Positions 35,972 through 49,143 of a stretch of 64,000 nt of DNA are shown in pieces. The stretch is from Podarcis pityusensis (taxonomy: Eukaryota): assembly GCA_964106645.2 (NCBI GenBank), contig OZ067041.1; one strand, written 5' to 3'. Under the pieces are notes generated by a model. The model did not search any database. It was not told where the DNA came from and worked only from the letters and a program-made list of their open reading frames with translations. Within the stretch, counting starts at the first letter, position 1. Every line of letters starts with the position of its first letter. The translations under genes were made by a program, and so were the position numbers.

Positions 35972-36226
35972 CAGTGTGGTGTAGCGGTTAAGAGCGGTAG
36001 TCTCATAATCTGGGGAACCGGGTTCGTGTCTCCGCTCCTCCACATGCAGCTGCTGGGTGACCTTGGGCCAGTCACACTTCTTTGAAGTCTCTCAGCCCCA
36101 CTCACCTCACAGAGTGTTTGTTGTGGGGGAGGAAGGGAAAGGAGAATGTTAGCCACTTTGAGACTCCTTCGGGTAGTGATAAAGCGGGATATCAAATCCA
36201 AACTCTTCTTCTTCTTCTTCTTCTTC
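35972..36226 (+). mobile_element. tRNA-derived SINE with (CTT)n tail
   Basis: Near-identical to 10284-10578. Confidence 0.85.
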
Positions 36227-39200
36227 ACCACCACAGATAGCAAGACCAATAATGTAGGGTTGAGTTTGTTGGGTTTTTTTGCAGAATCCGAACTGCAGTG
36301 GTACGAAAGGAGCTCTGCCTGCAGCAAATGCACAGAATGGAAAACGATGCCTCCTTGCATCCCTAATTGGCAGCCACTCCTGGTGTTCACTACCCCCTCC
36401 CCACATGCTCTATTGGAAAGTACTATGTCACAACATAATATAATTCCAGGGTGCATTGTGGGGTGGGGAGAAGCTGATGGTGCGGACTCTGCTGTCACGA
36501 ACACTATATTTTTGCTGCAGCGCTAGCAAACCAATGTTTTAAATGAAATGGGGGGAGCTGCTTCTGGTAGCCTGCCACAGTCCCACCCCAAAAAATAACT
36601 TTTGGGGCAGTCTCCCACCCCAAAAAAGCCTTTTCATTAAAGAACCTAATTTAATCACCTTATGTGGAAAACTGTATTTATCTGGGGATTCCCCACCTAA
36701 CAAATGATGGGTGCATTACTAATACTTCAGGCTGGTCCTAAAGGCAAAACAGTGGAATTTTCGGAAACTGGCAGGATTTTTCCTTAACTATTCCATGGCT
36801 GCTGCTGCTAAGTAATGCTACTAGCAGTGTACAAGAAGGAAAGGAGACAACAGCCACACATGAAAAACTTCACCACCATCATCAAGATAAAAATTCTCTG
36901 CTTCAAAAGCACCACCAAAACACCAGTAATATGTTCCTTGGGGGTGAAATCGTCTATAACAATCAGCCTGCTTACTCACAGGTGGTTTGCAAAGATTCAT
37001 TCAAGCCACCTTTTGGTTTCAGAAGATACCACAGTTTGTGTGACCTTTTTTTTTTTTTAACTCAGGAAGATTCTGAAAGTTAATCTCTGTAAGGAAAGAT
37101 TGATTAGGTCAATTTAGCAAAGTGTGTGCATCTATCTATCATCTTTCTATCTATAAATGTCCAAAGTCTGTTTTGGGGGCCTAATCCGGCACGCTGGTCG
37201 ATTTAATCCAGCCCCTGGGGTAAAATCCTAAAGAAACCTCAACAAGTTCAATCCTAAAAAAAAGCTTAACAACTTTGGTCGGCCCTCACGGCCCTTCACC
37301 ACATCAAATCTGGCCCTCTTTGGAAAAAGTTTGGATACCACTGTGTTTCTTTCAGGACTGCAATCATTGTTTAATTTGCCAGATTCAGGGGAATTTTTTA
37401 AATGAAATATGCAGGTGCCTCTGATTAACTGAATAGCAGATATGTACATTTTTAAAATACAAGTGCCTATAAAAAGGACAGATTGGAAGCTCACTCATTA
37501 AAAGAGGCACTCACCCTTTCTTGACACAGACAAGGAATTCCTCTTCTTCTAAAATGATTTGGCCTGCAACACCACATGCATGCATCAACATTTCAAAACA
37601 AAGAATCCATTTTGATGCTCCAGAAATATTGTCTTGACCCACATAACTGATGGCCGCAAATTTAATTAATAGACTACAACTCCATGCACACATGCAAATT
37701 TAGATGAACTGAGTAAAATTCCATGCATTTAATACCTACATCTTCATCCCACTCTTTAATCCTAAATGGTAACGAGTCATCAATATTTTTTTTGGAGGGG
37801 GGTAGCAATTAAAAATAAGCAATTCATGTTCACATACATAAATATGTATCTTGTTTTTTTCAATTTCAAGAAGTAGCAATTCATCAATAAATTAAAAGTA
37901 AAACAAAATACGAAACTAGAATAAAAAATACAATGGAAACAGAAAATGTAGATGTTCTAAACCAAAGCCAGGCAAGATTCCAAGCTCCTTAAAAAGCGTC
38001 TAAAATCATTATTACAACACTTGGGCTTGTGGGGGTGGGTGGGGCTTATGCCTCACCTGTGGCACATAAATCATGAATTGAAATAATACACCTACAGTTA
38101 AGTTTGTGAAGAAAGAACAAGAGAGGTGTGGTGTCTACAGGGGAGTTCATTCAAACACCCCAATGTGTTGCAAAAATTCATGGGTGGGTTGCACTGCAAG
38201 CCCTTCCCCAATTACTAACATGCATTGTCCACATCCCACATAGACTGTGCATTTAGGAGCTTTCTGAAGGCTACTTACTGACATGCCAATGTTCTGTGTA
38301 CAGCTCCTTCATGTACAGGGGATGCTGGGCCAATCAGAATCCAACCTTGCATGGAGGACTTCTAAGAGTCTACATCTGTACATGGCTTTGTGTCAACACC
38401 AGAGAGCAAGGCTACACAGCTAGGAAACCATGAGCTCAGTGGGTGACCTGGGGTCAGTCATTATCCCTCAACTGAACCTACCTCCTGATCTCCTTGGAGA
38501 AAGATACAGAAATGCAATTAGTCAGTAAATGGGTAAATAAATAAATATTTAGCTCAATCCTATGCACTTAACATTTGGAAGCAACAGTTTATGACCTACT
38601 GGCAGCCAGGAAGCGTCATTTAAAAAGTTGGACCGGAATCACCAAATCTAACCAACTGTTGTTTTCTTAAGCATAGATATGGAGCTCCCTGTTTCCGGCG
38701 GTGGGAAATGGCTGACTCCCACAAGACCGGACCCCCAGGGTATGGGAGGACTGTCTCGAAGACCGGCAGATTGTCCGAGATTGCCGGCATGCATTAAAGT
38801 GCAGCCAGCAGCACACTGGGTCAAAAAGAGCACAGTTCTCGGCTGGCACTCTAAGATGCCACTCCTGTAGCCGGGAATATCTGTTTGGGAAAATAAATAG
38901 ATTTGAAAAACAAACAGACATGGTCTGGATCGAAGAAGCTGGAAAAAAACCTGCAGAATTGTACAGTCTCTGATGTATGAGCTCGGACTTCAAGGAGATT
39001 CTCGTCATGGTGTGTGGATTGCGGAGGTGTTTGGTATGTTTTCTCCCCTCCTTCCTTAATATCTACAATTGGTTTCTCATGCCAAGCCTCATTAAGAACT
39101 TAAATTGCTTTAAAAAAAAAAAAATGAGTACAGTTGGATAATTTTTTTTTTTTAATCAAATGCAAAACTTCAGTCAGTCATTAGTCTTAATCTACCCCAG

Positions 39201-39446
39201 ACCTTTACCAATTTTGGATTGGTAAAACACGATAACCATCACTGTGTTTTTTTTAAAGGGGACTCACTGATATTTTGTCATTCTATCTGATGTTTACCTG
39301 TCAACTCATCCATTGCCCTGAAGTCCGGTTCACATGCACCTCTTAGCACCTATGCCTTTGAGGTGACTCCAAGTTCCAATGCTGGCAGCCAGTGACTAAC
39401 TGGTGGGGCATGGCTGACCTTTTAGATGTCACTGAATATGAATGGG

Positions 39447-39488
<42 letters not shown>

Positions 39489-41807
39489 ACCCCAGGAGGA
39501 AGCCACCATCACAATCATACATTGCCTTATCATTTTTCATTTTTTCCACCCAAAATTATATCTGATCTGAGCTGCATGCACTTTCACATCCTTTCATCAA
39601 CGTCATGAACCCACTCTTATCTGTACACAGCACTCTTTCCTCTGCAGTCAGTGTGCTTGGTGGCGAGATGCTAAAGCGCTTCCTGTTTTTCTCACATATT
39701 GTGTCTTTCATATCAAAAGGGGAGCAACGTGTTCATTAAGCCAGTACTTTAGATCTTTGGGTTCTTCTACTTCCTGAGAGATACTGTGGACACTTTTAGC
39801 TGAAAGTGTTCTGAAATGATTTCTTGAGTTTTCCTTTTTCATCCCTCTATTGACAGTATGTCAAAGCAGAGTTTCAGGTACTGGCATCCTTCTGCTTCAG
39901 TAATCTGCCAGAGATTAGGCAGGTGGCAATTGGGTACTGGACCTTTTCAAGGGGAATGGCCTTCCAGAGACACCTATACTGCCCCCCTTTGTGCTCTAGC
40001 TAAGCACCCTTTTATTTTCCCCTGCTTGACTTTTGCTGCTGGTTTTATGATCCCACTTCTTGATTTTATCTCATTCAGCTTACTTATTATTGATGGTTGC
40101 TTCCTTGGGCTTTATAGAGATAGGTTGTGTTGGACATTGGCTGGCTGAATGAAGAAGCACAGAGGGCTCCTCTTGGAAAGTGAAGCCTACTGCAATTCCC
40201 TTTTCTACACAAACAGTTAAAGGTGCAGGAGCCCTGCCATCTCCTTCATATGGCCACCCTACATGGATATTGGATCAAACAGGCAGGAGATGCCATTATT
40301 AAATAAACAAAAAGAAGATAAGAAGGTTCCTGCTGGTTCAGATCAAAGGCCAAGTCTAGAATCCTAGTTTGCCACAGTGGCCAATAAGATGTCTCTGGAG
40401 ATGTCTACAAGCTTGATATATGAGTGCTATCCTGCGTGAAAGGAACACATATAGCCACATTTGATAACCCTAAACTCCATGAATTTGCTCACCCCACCAC
40501 CTTTTAAGCCAGTTTGTGGACTATGCTGGCAGCCATTTCAGCATCTGCAGTGACAGTGAGCAGCAATCATTTATCTATCAACCATAATTTATTGTACACA
40601 TCTAGTTCTTTTCCAGTTCATTCCTAGTGGAGATAATTAATATAATCTAAACAGTAATTGGTTCATTTAGCCTCAAAATTCTTTTGCTTTATATTCTGAC
40701 TTGGGATATCACTAGTTGAGGATGAGATCAATGAAATACATGATTAAAGTTCTGCTAATTTGGCTTTCAGTCAGTAGAAAATGTATACATTCATTCTACT
40801 CACTGAGCACACTTCCTGATGACCAGATTATTGGGCATTCGTCCCAACTTGTTGGCAGGGAGATTAGACGACACTGGCTATTGAATGAGCATTTATTCTC
40901 ATTTGCAAGGAAGTTTGATGATGTTGTGGACACTTTCCAATGAATTTCCCTGTCACTTCCCTCATTGTAAAAAGTCCAGTCTTTGGGGGAAGGGAGTTTG
41001 TTATGCAGAAGCTCCAAATCATTTTAACTGCGTGACCTGAATTTGTTGGCATGTGGTTGAATCCCACCCGAAAATAGCAACTATTTTGAAGTGCTCTGAG
41101 AGGGCATGTCCACACTTCTGCCTGCCCCATGCCTAGAAAGCTTCTCCTGGCATGAGTTCAAGCAGTTTTGTCTTTGTTCTGCCACTTTCCCCTGGAAAAA
41201 CTGCTCTTTAGCCCTAATTCAGAACAAACATCAATCCAGAGAAAACCTTATTGCTTCGATTCAGTGGTAAAGATTGGGTTTTAGTGGCGGAAAGCAGCGG
41301 GGGAAATGCAAGTCTGGATGGGCCCCTTATCTCCTGCAGTCTTTTAGTAAACTGGAAGTGCAAACAAAAGCTGACAGTTTCTCAGAATATTTTTTCTTTT
41401 CTTTTTGTTGTAGTATTCCTAAGCTTTCACCATCCAATTCTATGGAAAGCTAGGTAGTGATGGGGATTTGCTTGCAGGATTTGTCTCTCTTTGCTGAAGG
41501 GATTTAGTAATAAACAGCTAGGCTGCTTATGCAACCAACTGTAATGTGGTTTGATTAAATCAAGGTTTCTGGAAACTAGGACTTGCAGAGCAGCTTATGA
41601 AAACAGAATAGATAACATCAGCATGAGAGTCATTTTAACAACCCCAAAATAATACATAGCATCAATGAATGAACACATGCTCCTAGTGGAAATAGATGGT
41701 GCGATACCCATGCACTAAGCAATTATCAGAGTGAAGCTGGTGAGAAAGCTTGCAGAGTCACAGTGGAAGAAGCTATATGATGCTAAACAATGAGCGGTTG
41801 TCCACGT

Positions 41808-42125
41808 TTAGTGATTCAGCCCAATGGCAGCATATTCTGTAAACTCTGTCTCAGCAGAATGCTCATGTCTCTGAACAGGTTCCCCATAGCTCAGTGTTGC
41901 ATAAATAAGGGCTTCCTTCTTTTGAGGTAAGAGTTGCTGGGTATTGGAGACACATTCATCACATGTAGGCTTGGGTGGTGCCCTGGTGGCATTCCAGCAA
42001 TTGCATTGATTGCCGTAGATGGGACCATCATCTGGAAATTGTAGCACATAAGGCTCAGCAGCTTGATGAAGTGCAGGTATCGTATGGGAGGCATTGCTGC
42101 ACTGGGCATCTGCATTGCTATTAAG
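41808..42125 (-). CDS. BTLA: BTLA exon 5 (cytoplasmic signalling domain)
   Basis: tttcccccacag| acceptor. Contains Grb2-type IYGN, ITIM LIYATL and ITSM TEYAAI (human YDND, IVYASL, TEYASI), then TAA. Confidence 0.95.
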   Translation of the reverse strand, partial: LNSNADAQCSNASHTIPALHQAAEPYVLQFPDDGPIYGNQCNCWNATRAPPKPTCDECVSNTQQLLPQKKEALIYATLSYGEPVQRHEHSAETEFTEYAAIGLNH

Positions 42126-43119
42126 CTGTGGGGGAAACAAGAGTGGAATAGATTCATGAAAGAGTGCAGTATCTTAATCACATATCTAGCTAGGAACAAA
42201 GATGACAACCATGTCAGACGTGGACAGCTCAAACCTCAGGGAAGATGTCGTTTTTCAAGCCTTCATTAAAATCACAGGTTTCCTCCATCCCTGACCCTCT
42301 AGACCTTGTTGGGCTGCAACTCCCATCATTCCTGAGCATTGGCCATGTTTGCTGGGGCTGATGGGAGTTGGAGTCCAACAACATTAGCTGTGCAGCAGGT
42401 TGGAGAAGCCTTTTTAAAATTTTAATACCCAGGATAACATCCAAGGCACCTGGATTAAAAGAAGTGCAGTTGACACTCATCAGATTATGTATTGTTTTGA
42501 TGTGAAGTTAGACACAAATGAGACATGGCACTATTCATGTCTTCAGTACTTGTGAAAAAAATCAAATGGTTGATTTTTTTTTTTAAAATAGTGTGGTAGT
42601 GATCAGGGTGAACTAGATTGGGATTGCATGTGAAAGACGAGTGTCAGTCCTTTGTACCAATGCAATAGCAGGAAAACTCCAATTGGGAGTCTGTGCTCCC
42701 AAAAGAAAGATCAGCCATGCAAAGGCTAAAGTCATGAATAATGACATGATGCCTCATTTGGACCTCTTCTAAGTCTAGAAAAAGCTGAAATTTGAAGCAA
42801 AAAACCCAGCTTTGCACAAAACTAAGAACATTTGCCCATATTTCTCCCTCCCTTCTTCCCTCTGTTGTTTCACACTATCTGGTTAAGGTTATTAGCAACT
42901 TGGGAGGCAGAATTTGTCCATGTAGTTCAGTAAGGTGCAATGTCACTGATGGCTAGCATTTAAAACACAACTAAACACCACTTCAGTTGAAGGCTGAGCT
43001 TTCTTCCTGTGTTCATGAATGAAAATTGCTTCCTTTAAGTGGCAAAGTCCATGAGGTGAAGGTTTTTATATGTATTTTGAAGGGGTTGGAACATAACACG
43101 TTAGCCCTCTCCAGGCATT

Positions 43120-43290
43120 CGAGCTGTAGCTCCGTGGTAGAACATCTGCTTTGCCCATAGAAGATTCCAGCTTCAATCCTTCGCATCTCCAGGTAGGACT
43201 GGGGAAGAATCCTGCCCCAAATCCTGGAGAGCTGTTGCCACTCCGTGCAGTCAATACTGAACTCAATGGACCAATGGTTTGACTCACAGG
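43120..43290 (+). mobile_element. tRNA-derived SINE (older family)
   Basis: ctgtagctccgtggtagaacatctgctttgc head, then cctggagagctg..ggaccaatggtttgactca. Related decayed copies at about 11205-11298 (-) and 15575-15690. Confidence 0.6.
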
Positions 43291-43624
43291 GATTGTAGGG
43301 ATGAGCACCCTAGCTTCACCCCTTGTCATTATTCTCACCTTGTGGTGTTGTCCATGTGAATCAGGGAGCCTCCTGTACTTGTGGGGCTCTCCGTGCATTT
43401 TAGAACCAAGATTTTCCATGGGTCTAGGAGGCTTGACACAGTCACCCTGCAACTCATGGAGGGAGGTGGGTGATGATTAGGGAGGTAGGGGAAAGCTAGC
43501 ACACACTTCTCCATGGCCTCAGCTCATGTGATTACTGTACACAGGGACAGAATGCCTGAAAGGGGCTTATGGGCATTTAAGTACTTAGAAATTCAATACC
43601 AGGCTCATCAGTGAAGAAACCTAC

Positions 43625-43671
43625 CACATTCATTTCACTTTGCGAGATTGATGGGCCCTTATTGCTGTTCA
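43625..43671 (-). CDS. BTLA: BTLA exon 4 (juxtamembrane)
   Basis: ttttcttttcctttctag| acceptor, |gtaggt donor. 47 nt, phase 1 to 0. Encodes VNSNKGPSISQSEMNV (human GKQNELSDTAGREINL). Confidence 0.88.
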
Positions 43672-44281
43672 CTAGAAAGGAAAAGAAAAACACCAGCTAT
43701 TGATGGAACAACATTTGGATAGTTCATCACATTCATTGTACAAAAACAAGAACGCAGCTTGTGAAAATGCCCTGTCTCATAAAAAGGGGATCAAGGAAAT
43801 CCTTACCAAATTTTATGGATAGGCCAAAACTGGTATGCTGTTATAATGAAAGTCAGGCAATAAATATTTAAAGTAAGTAGCTTTTATCCAAGACTATGAG
43901 TTTTGGAAGATAGTCATGGAAGCGGTCCCAAAACACTTTTTTTAAATCCTGAGGTAGAACAGAAATGGGGGTGGTGCTACTCCCCCCCCCCCCCAGGTCA
44001 AGGGACATAGTGGTTCCCAAGATTGGTCAACTTATTTTGACCCATAAGGGAGAAACCCCTCACAAACACCTCGCCCCAAGAATAAAATATAATCATAATA
44101 AATTTAGAAGTAGCCATTTGCTGCAGTTCTGTAACACTCAAACTCAACTGCCTCACTCTGCCTGTGTTCAGCCCTGGTAATATGAGAAATGAAAAGATAT
44201 TTGAGTAGCAGAAGTGAGACAGCTGAATATCTCTGCCCAGGGAAAAGAGGGGAAAACTAGAGAGATCTTGAGAGAATTCAC

Positions 44282-44443
44282 CTTGATGCTTCCTTATGCA
44301 GCACAGCAGGCCCAAGCAGCTCAAAATGAAGAGGCACAGCGGTCCCAGGAATGACAGGAAATAAATAATCAGCTTCATGTCCTTTCCAGCTGCTTCATTA
44401 TCTTCTGCAGTAGCATTTTCAGATTCTGTTATTTTATTGTGAT
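44282..44443 (-). CDS. BTLA: BTLA exon 3 (stalk + TM)
   Basis: Encodes DHNKITESENATAEDNEAAGKDMKLIIYFLSFLGPLCLFILSCLGLLCCIRKHQ (human ..CLFCCLRRHQ). The G|gtgaat donor is clear; the 5' boundary is uncertain because several in-phase AGs have no pyrimidine tract. Confidence 0.8.
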
Positions 44444-44446
44444 CTG

Positions 44447-44485
44447 TTATTATTATTATTATTATTATTATTGTTGTTGTTGTTG
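44447..44485. repeat. Compound (CAA)5(TAA)8 microsatellite (minus-strand reading)
   Basis: Direct inspection; abuts the BTLA exon 3 acceptor. Confidence 0.95.
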
Positions 44486-44665
44486 CTATAATTACTATTT
44501 ACATTTGCTATTGTCCTAATGCCAAAGCAACATAATGTTATATTTCAATATAGCAATGCAATTATTAATCATTAAGCAAATACAAAGAGCTGAGCAGTTA
44601 AAATCTCCCGTCAACCTCCTACCAAAGCAGAATTCACCATCAGTTAACTTAACAGGGGTGAAATA

Positions 44666-45124
44666 CAGTGGCGTAGCGTGGGGGTGTAGGGGGGGCCGGC
44701 CGCACCGGGCGCAACATCTGGGGGGGGGGCGCTCGCACTCGCAGCTCTCTGCCCCTACCTGGCTCACTCTCTCTCTCTCACTGCAGTGCTGGCTGTGCGA
44801 ATCCGATCCGAGCCACTGGGTCGCCGCCCACTGTGGAGGGGGTGGGTGCCAGGTGTGCGGTGCGGAGAGAGAGCGAGGGACTATCTGGGGGAGGGACAGT
44901 GCAGCGGCCGCCCAGCACAGCGCTGAGCGTGGGAGAGAACCACACCAGACCAGACCAGGCAGCAGCAAGAAGAAGCTGGCAGCGGCGGCAGGTTAGGGGT
45001 TAGGGGGCGCAAATTACTTGCCTTGCCCCGGGTTAGGGGGCGCAAATTACTTGCCTTGCCCCGGGTTAGGGGGCACAAATTACTTGCCTTGCCCCGGGTG
45101 CTGACAACCCACACTACGCCGCTG
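44666..45124. mobile_element. Young GC-rich hAT non-autonomous element
   Basis: TIRs cagtggcgtagcgtggg / cccacactacgccgctg, 8-bp TSD GTGAAATA, internal 3x33-bp tandem repeat. Confidence 0.88.
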
Positions 45125-45815
45125 GTGAAATAACCAATATGGTAAGAGAAGTTAAACACTGTTTAAAAGTAAGCATTCTCAGAAAGAGAAAGAGCATTCA
45201 AAAGTCAATAAAAATAAAAATAGCATGCTTCCTAACAGAAGTAATCTGCTTGATCCAGAATGGTTTCACAAGGGTCACTGACAATACATTATGATCTCTA
45301 AATGTTCTTAATGCAACCTAGAAAGCCAGAGAGGCTATAATGAGGGTCAAACTACAGGGTAGGCAGGAGGATCCAGAATTCCCAGTGTTTTTGTAGAGGA
45401 GGGCAGAAGATGCTGAAATGAGGCAAATAAGGGCAAATGAGGCACTGCCCCAATAATCTGAGTTTGCTCTCCTCCAGTTCATGCCTGCCTGCCTTCTTAC
45501 TAACAGTCACTCCAGGGTGGCACAACCTGTCATCTTCCTCCTCAGTCTCAGTGTTGCTATTGTTGAACTCAGCAAGGAGGAGGATCCTTGCTTCCCCCCC
45601 TACTGTTTTCATTACCAAAATAGCTCCTTCAACCTGATATTAGAGCCCTAGTGCCCTGAGCCCCAGTTGAAAGGATGGGTGTGTCATGGAACTGCATGCT
45701 GGGCAGCCACCAACACACCATCTCTGTGTTTGGAGCATGTCCATGAAGAGGGTAGCCATGACCTAGTCAGGGTTTTCTCTTACTCAGAGACACACTTCAA
45801 AAGGATGGATGACAG

Positions 45816-46042
45816 GAAGAAGAAGAAGAGTTCAGATTTGATATCCTGCTTTATTGGCTAACAATCTCCTTTCCCTTCCTCCCCCAAAACAAACACTCTG
45901 TGAGGTGAGTGAGGCTGAGAGACTTCAGAGAAGTGTGACTAGCCCAAGGTCACCCAGCAGCTGCATGTGGAGGAGCGGAGACGCGAACCCGGTTCACCAG
46001 ATTACGAGTCCACTGCTCTTAACCACTATACCACACTGGCTC
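45816..46042 (-). mobile_element. tRNA-derived SINE with (CTT)n tail, internally deleted
   Basis: Reverse-complement copy of the same family lacking part of the 3' body. Confidence 0.85.
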
Positions 46043-46718
46043 ATTTCCACTGGGCACAACAGCAGCAGGGGGTGGGCTAGCCCACTCAGCCCCCATTCAC
46101 TTTCAATACTTGGGAGGAGGATCATGTTTCACCCCCCCACAACCGTCCAAGTGTTCTATGATTGGGTGCATGGAGGGAAGCAGTTTTATAGAGTACAAGT
46201 AGAGACTTGAAACTCAGCCTCAAGGTAAACCTGATATTAAACTTATCTGTGAATCCTTTGCTTGAGATTCTTTTTTTTTCTTTCTTTCACAAAACAAACT
46301 AATAGCAGTCATGAGGGTGGGGTGAGGGAGCAGGTGTTAATTCTGGCTGGAAAAGTGGCAGGGTAGGAGAGTATTGACGTCTCCTCATGTGCCACACAAT
46401 GGCATTACCTGTGCCATCCTTCCATTGCCTCCATGAAATTGCTCTTTGCATCACATAGCAACACTGGGGTGAATTAACAGTTTGTAAGAGAGATAATTTT
46501 CAGTAGGAAAACATCACGGGGGAGAAGTTGGATAAACTTCCCCTTTCTTCAGTTTTGATGCAGATGTTGTTGGGATGGGGCTTATGACTATGTTTAGGTT
46601 TGTGTGTGTTTTTTTAAAGAGAGAAGTACAGTATCCCAACTATGTGCGTCAAAAGTCACATTTAGCTCAACCCTTAGAGAACTGAAACTAAGGTAGGTCA
46701 ATCTGAGATCAGCTATAG

Positions 46719-46960
46719 CAGGGGTCAGCAAACTTTTTCAGCAGGAAGCCGGTCCACTGTCCCTCAGACCTTGTGCGGGGGCCGGACTATATTTTGAAGG
46801 GGCAAAAACCCGAATTCCTATGCCCCACAAATAACCCAGAGATGCATTTTAAATAAAAGGACACATTCTACTCATGTAAAAACACACTGATTCCTGGACC
46901 AGATTTAGAAGGAGATTGGTATGGATCTGGCCCCCCTAGGCCTTAGTTTGCCTACTCATG
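46719..46960. mobile_element. hAT non-autonomous element
   Basis: caggggtcagcaaact / agtttgcctactcatg TIRs and imperfect 8-bp TSD. Confidence 0.7.
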
Positions 46961-47503
46961 TGCTAAAGTAAGAGTTGCACAGCCTTAGGTGTGCTTGTTT
47001 TGTATTTCAGCCTCCTGTGGGATTTTTATTTTGTAAGGGTTTCAGCATTTCCATTTTATACAGGCCATTTCTTAAGTTCAATGGAAGTTCTGGGCAGTGT
47101 GACCCTCTTGTTGAATTTACATACACAGAAAGTCCAAATACCAATTTGAGTCATTTAGATGTTACAACATGGGCTGTTTGGCACTCTGTACAGGTTTCAT
47201 TTCTTTGCACTACTAGACAGCCTATTTTTTGTCAGATGACTGATAAGGCTACCGCTCTACACATTGTTTGCAAATAAGGGAGCCATGATGTCTTTGATGT
47301 GTGATGAACATTTTGTAACTGCAACACTTGGGTTTAACTGTTTTCTGCAATGAACCCCATCAAGATTTGGAAAACTGAAATACCGCAAAGCAAGGAACAA
47401 ATGAACAACTCTTAGCCAACGTTCACACCATATATTTAAATCACTATGATACCACTTTAAACAAACAGGACTTCCCCTAAAAAAGAATTCTGGGAGATAT
47501 ACC

Positions 47504-47586
47504 CAGTGCTTTTTTTCTGGGGGGGACGCATACCCCTAAACATTTTGTGAATCTACCCCTAAACATTTTTTAAGAAAAAAGCACTA
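47504..47586. mobile_element. Miniature hAT MITE (deletion derivative)
   Basis: cagtgctttttt / aaaaaagcacta TIRs, TSD GATATACC. Shares the gcatacccctaaacattttgtgaat block with 31420-31666. Confidence 0.8.
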
Positions 47587-47649
47587 GATATACCTTTCTT
47601 CATGCATAGCCTTCAAGACATAATGCAAGCAAAGCATTTATGTATACTA

Positions 47650-48045
47650 CTATTATTTATTAAATTTGTATACTTCCCATCATCTGAAGATCACAGGGTG
47701 GTTCACAACATAAAAAGAAAAACACAAAATACATACTAAAACAAAAGCAAAGCAATAACCCTCCCCTCTCCCAAACACGTTTTAAAGGACATAGAATGTT
47801 AGTCAGCCAAAGGCTTGCTTTATAGAGAAACGTTTTTGCCTGGCCCCTAAAGATATGTAATGAAGGCGCCAGGTGAGCCTTCTTGGGGAGAGCATTCCAC
47901 AAACAAGGAGCCACCACAGAAAAGGCACATTCTTGTCTTGCCACCCTCTGGACCTCTCACATAGGAGGTACATGAAGAAGGGCCTCAGATGATGATCACA
48001 GGGTCTGAATCGCTTCATATGGGGAGAGGCGGTCCTTGAGGTGAT
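47650..48045 (-). mobile_element. L2-type LINE 3' fragment
   Basis: Decayed ORF peptide AFSVVAPCLWNALP, typical of the L2 ORF2 C-terminus. Confidence 0.75.
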
Positions 48046-49143
48046 GATAACTAAGTCCCGGGGCAGGTTGCAACAATTTAAAACACATCATTAGAAACAG
48101 TTTAATGCACATGACAAACTTAGGTCTATTCATTTCAGTGGGTTTACTCCGTGTATAACTCAGTTGGAAACAAGTCCCTTTTCTAATAGCAGTCACACAC
48201 TTCAGTACAGTGCCTCCCCGGGCTCACAGTGTCATCAAAAGAGTTCAGCTTGTCGTCCATTCCAGCTCTACAGTTCTATGATTCTATGACCAAGACAGCA
48301 GTGCTGGATTATGGGTGTTTGCACAGAAGGGGGCACATGCCCTTGTGGCAGTTTTGGAGTGGTGGCAAATTACAGGCTTTCTCATGAGCATGTCTCTGTG
48401 TATGTGCCCCTATACAACTTTGCCTTGCTCCAAAGGGGAAGAGAAATTCAAAGTATCAGTGTGGGGTGGCCTTTCTAAGTCTCCCATGCCACTCCATTCA
48501 GGCTCCACAATCAGAGCTTGAAAAGATGGATTCACGGAGGCTCAGGAAACCTGCTCCATGTTGAAAGGATCCATTTTCAAGTACCCCCCCCCCAAAAAAA
48601 ACTTTGAAGCTCAGCTGGATTTCCAAGCCTCCCTTATGCCTTGGAGAGCTCACCTGCTGCTGATCCTTTCAATCTCCAATTTCAAATCACTCTCTTCATC
48701 CTTCTCAACTGCTCCCACTGGGCTAAACATGCTGAGATGGAGAAGCGGGGCAGCAGTGCAGACCATTGTCGCCTATTGCAAAATTTGTAGATCCAGCATT
48801 GTAAGAGAGGCAGAACGTGCAACATGGCTGGGACTTTGATGGGCCTTTTGACAGTTGGCTTTCTATACTGTACTAAAGAGCGTTGCACACAGATAAGAGG
48901 AAAGGGTTAGCCTGCAGCATGCCAGAGGTGCTTAGAGAAGAGGAAATAAAATCAATGTACAGTTGAAACCTTGATTGTGTTGATGTGCGTTTCTTGAGCA
49001 GAGCAAGAACATAAATAAATGACCGCAGGGCTATAAAGACCAGGCAACTGACCAGGAGGCTGACTGAATTGCCCATAGGCCTGTTGCTGCAAACAGTGAA
49101 TTGGAAAAAGGCCCTCGTTCTCGGAATTGCTTATGATACTTAC

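Noticed and set aside
44998-45096. 33-bp repeats as a CRISPR-like array
   Set aside because: No spacers, eukaryotic context, and located inside a hAT element.
45520-45600. Acidic peptide EFNNSNTETEEEDD on the minus strand as an extra BTLA stalk exon
   Set aside because: Splice phases do not fit the phase-1 neighbours and the splice sites are weak.
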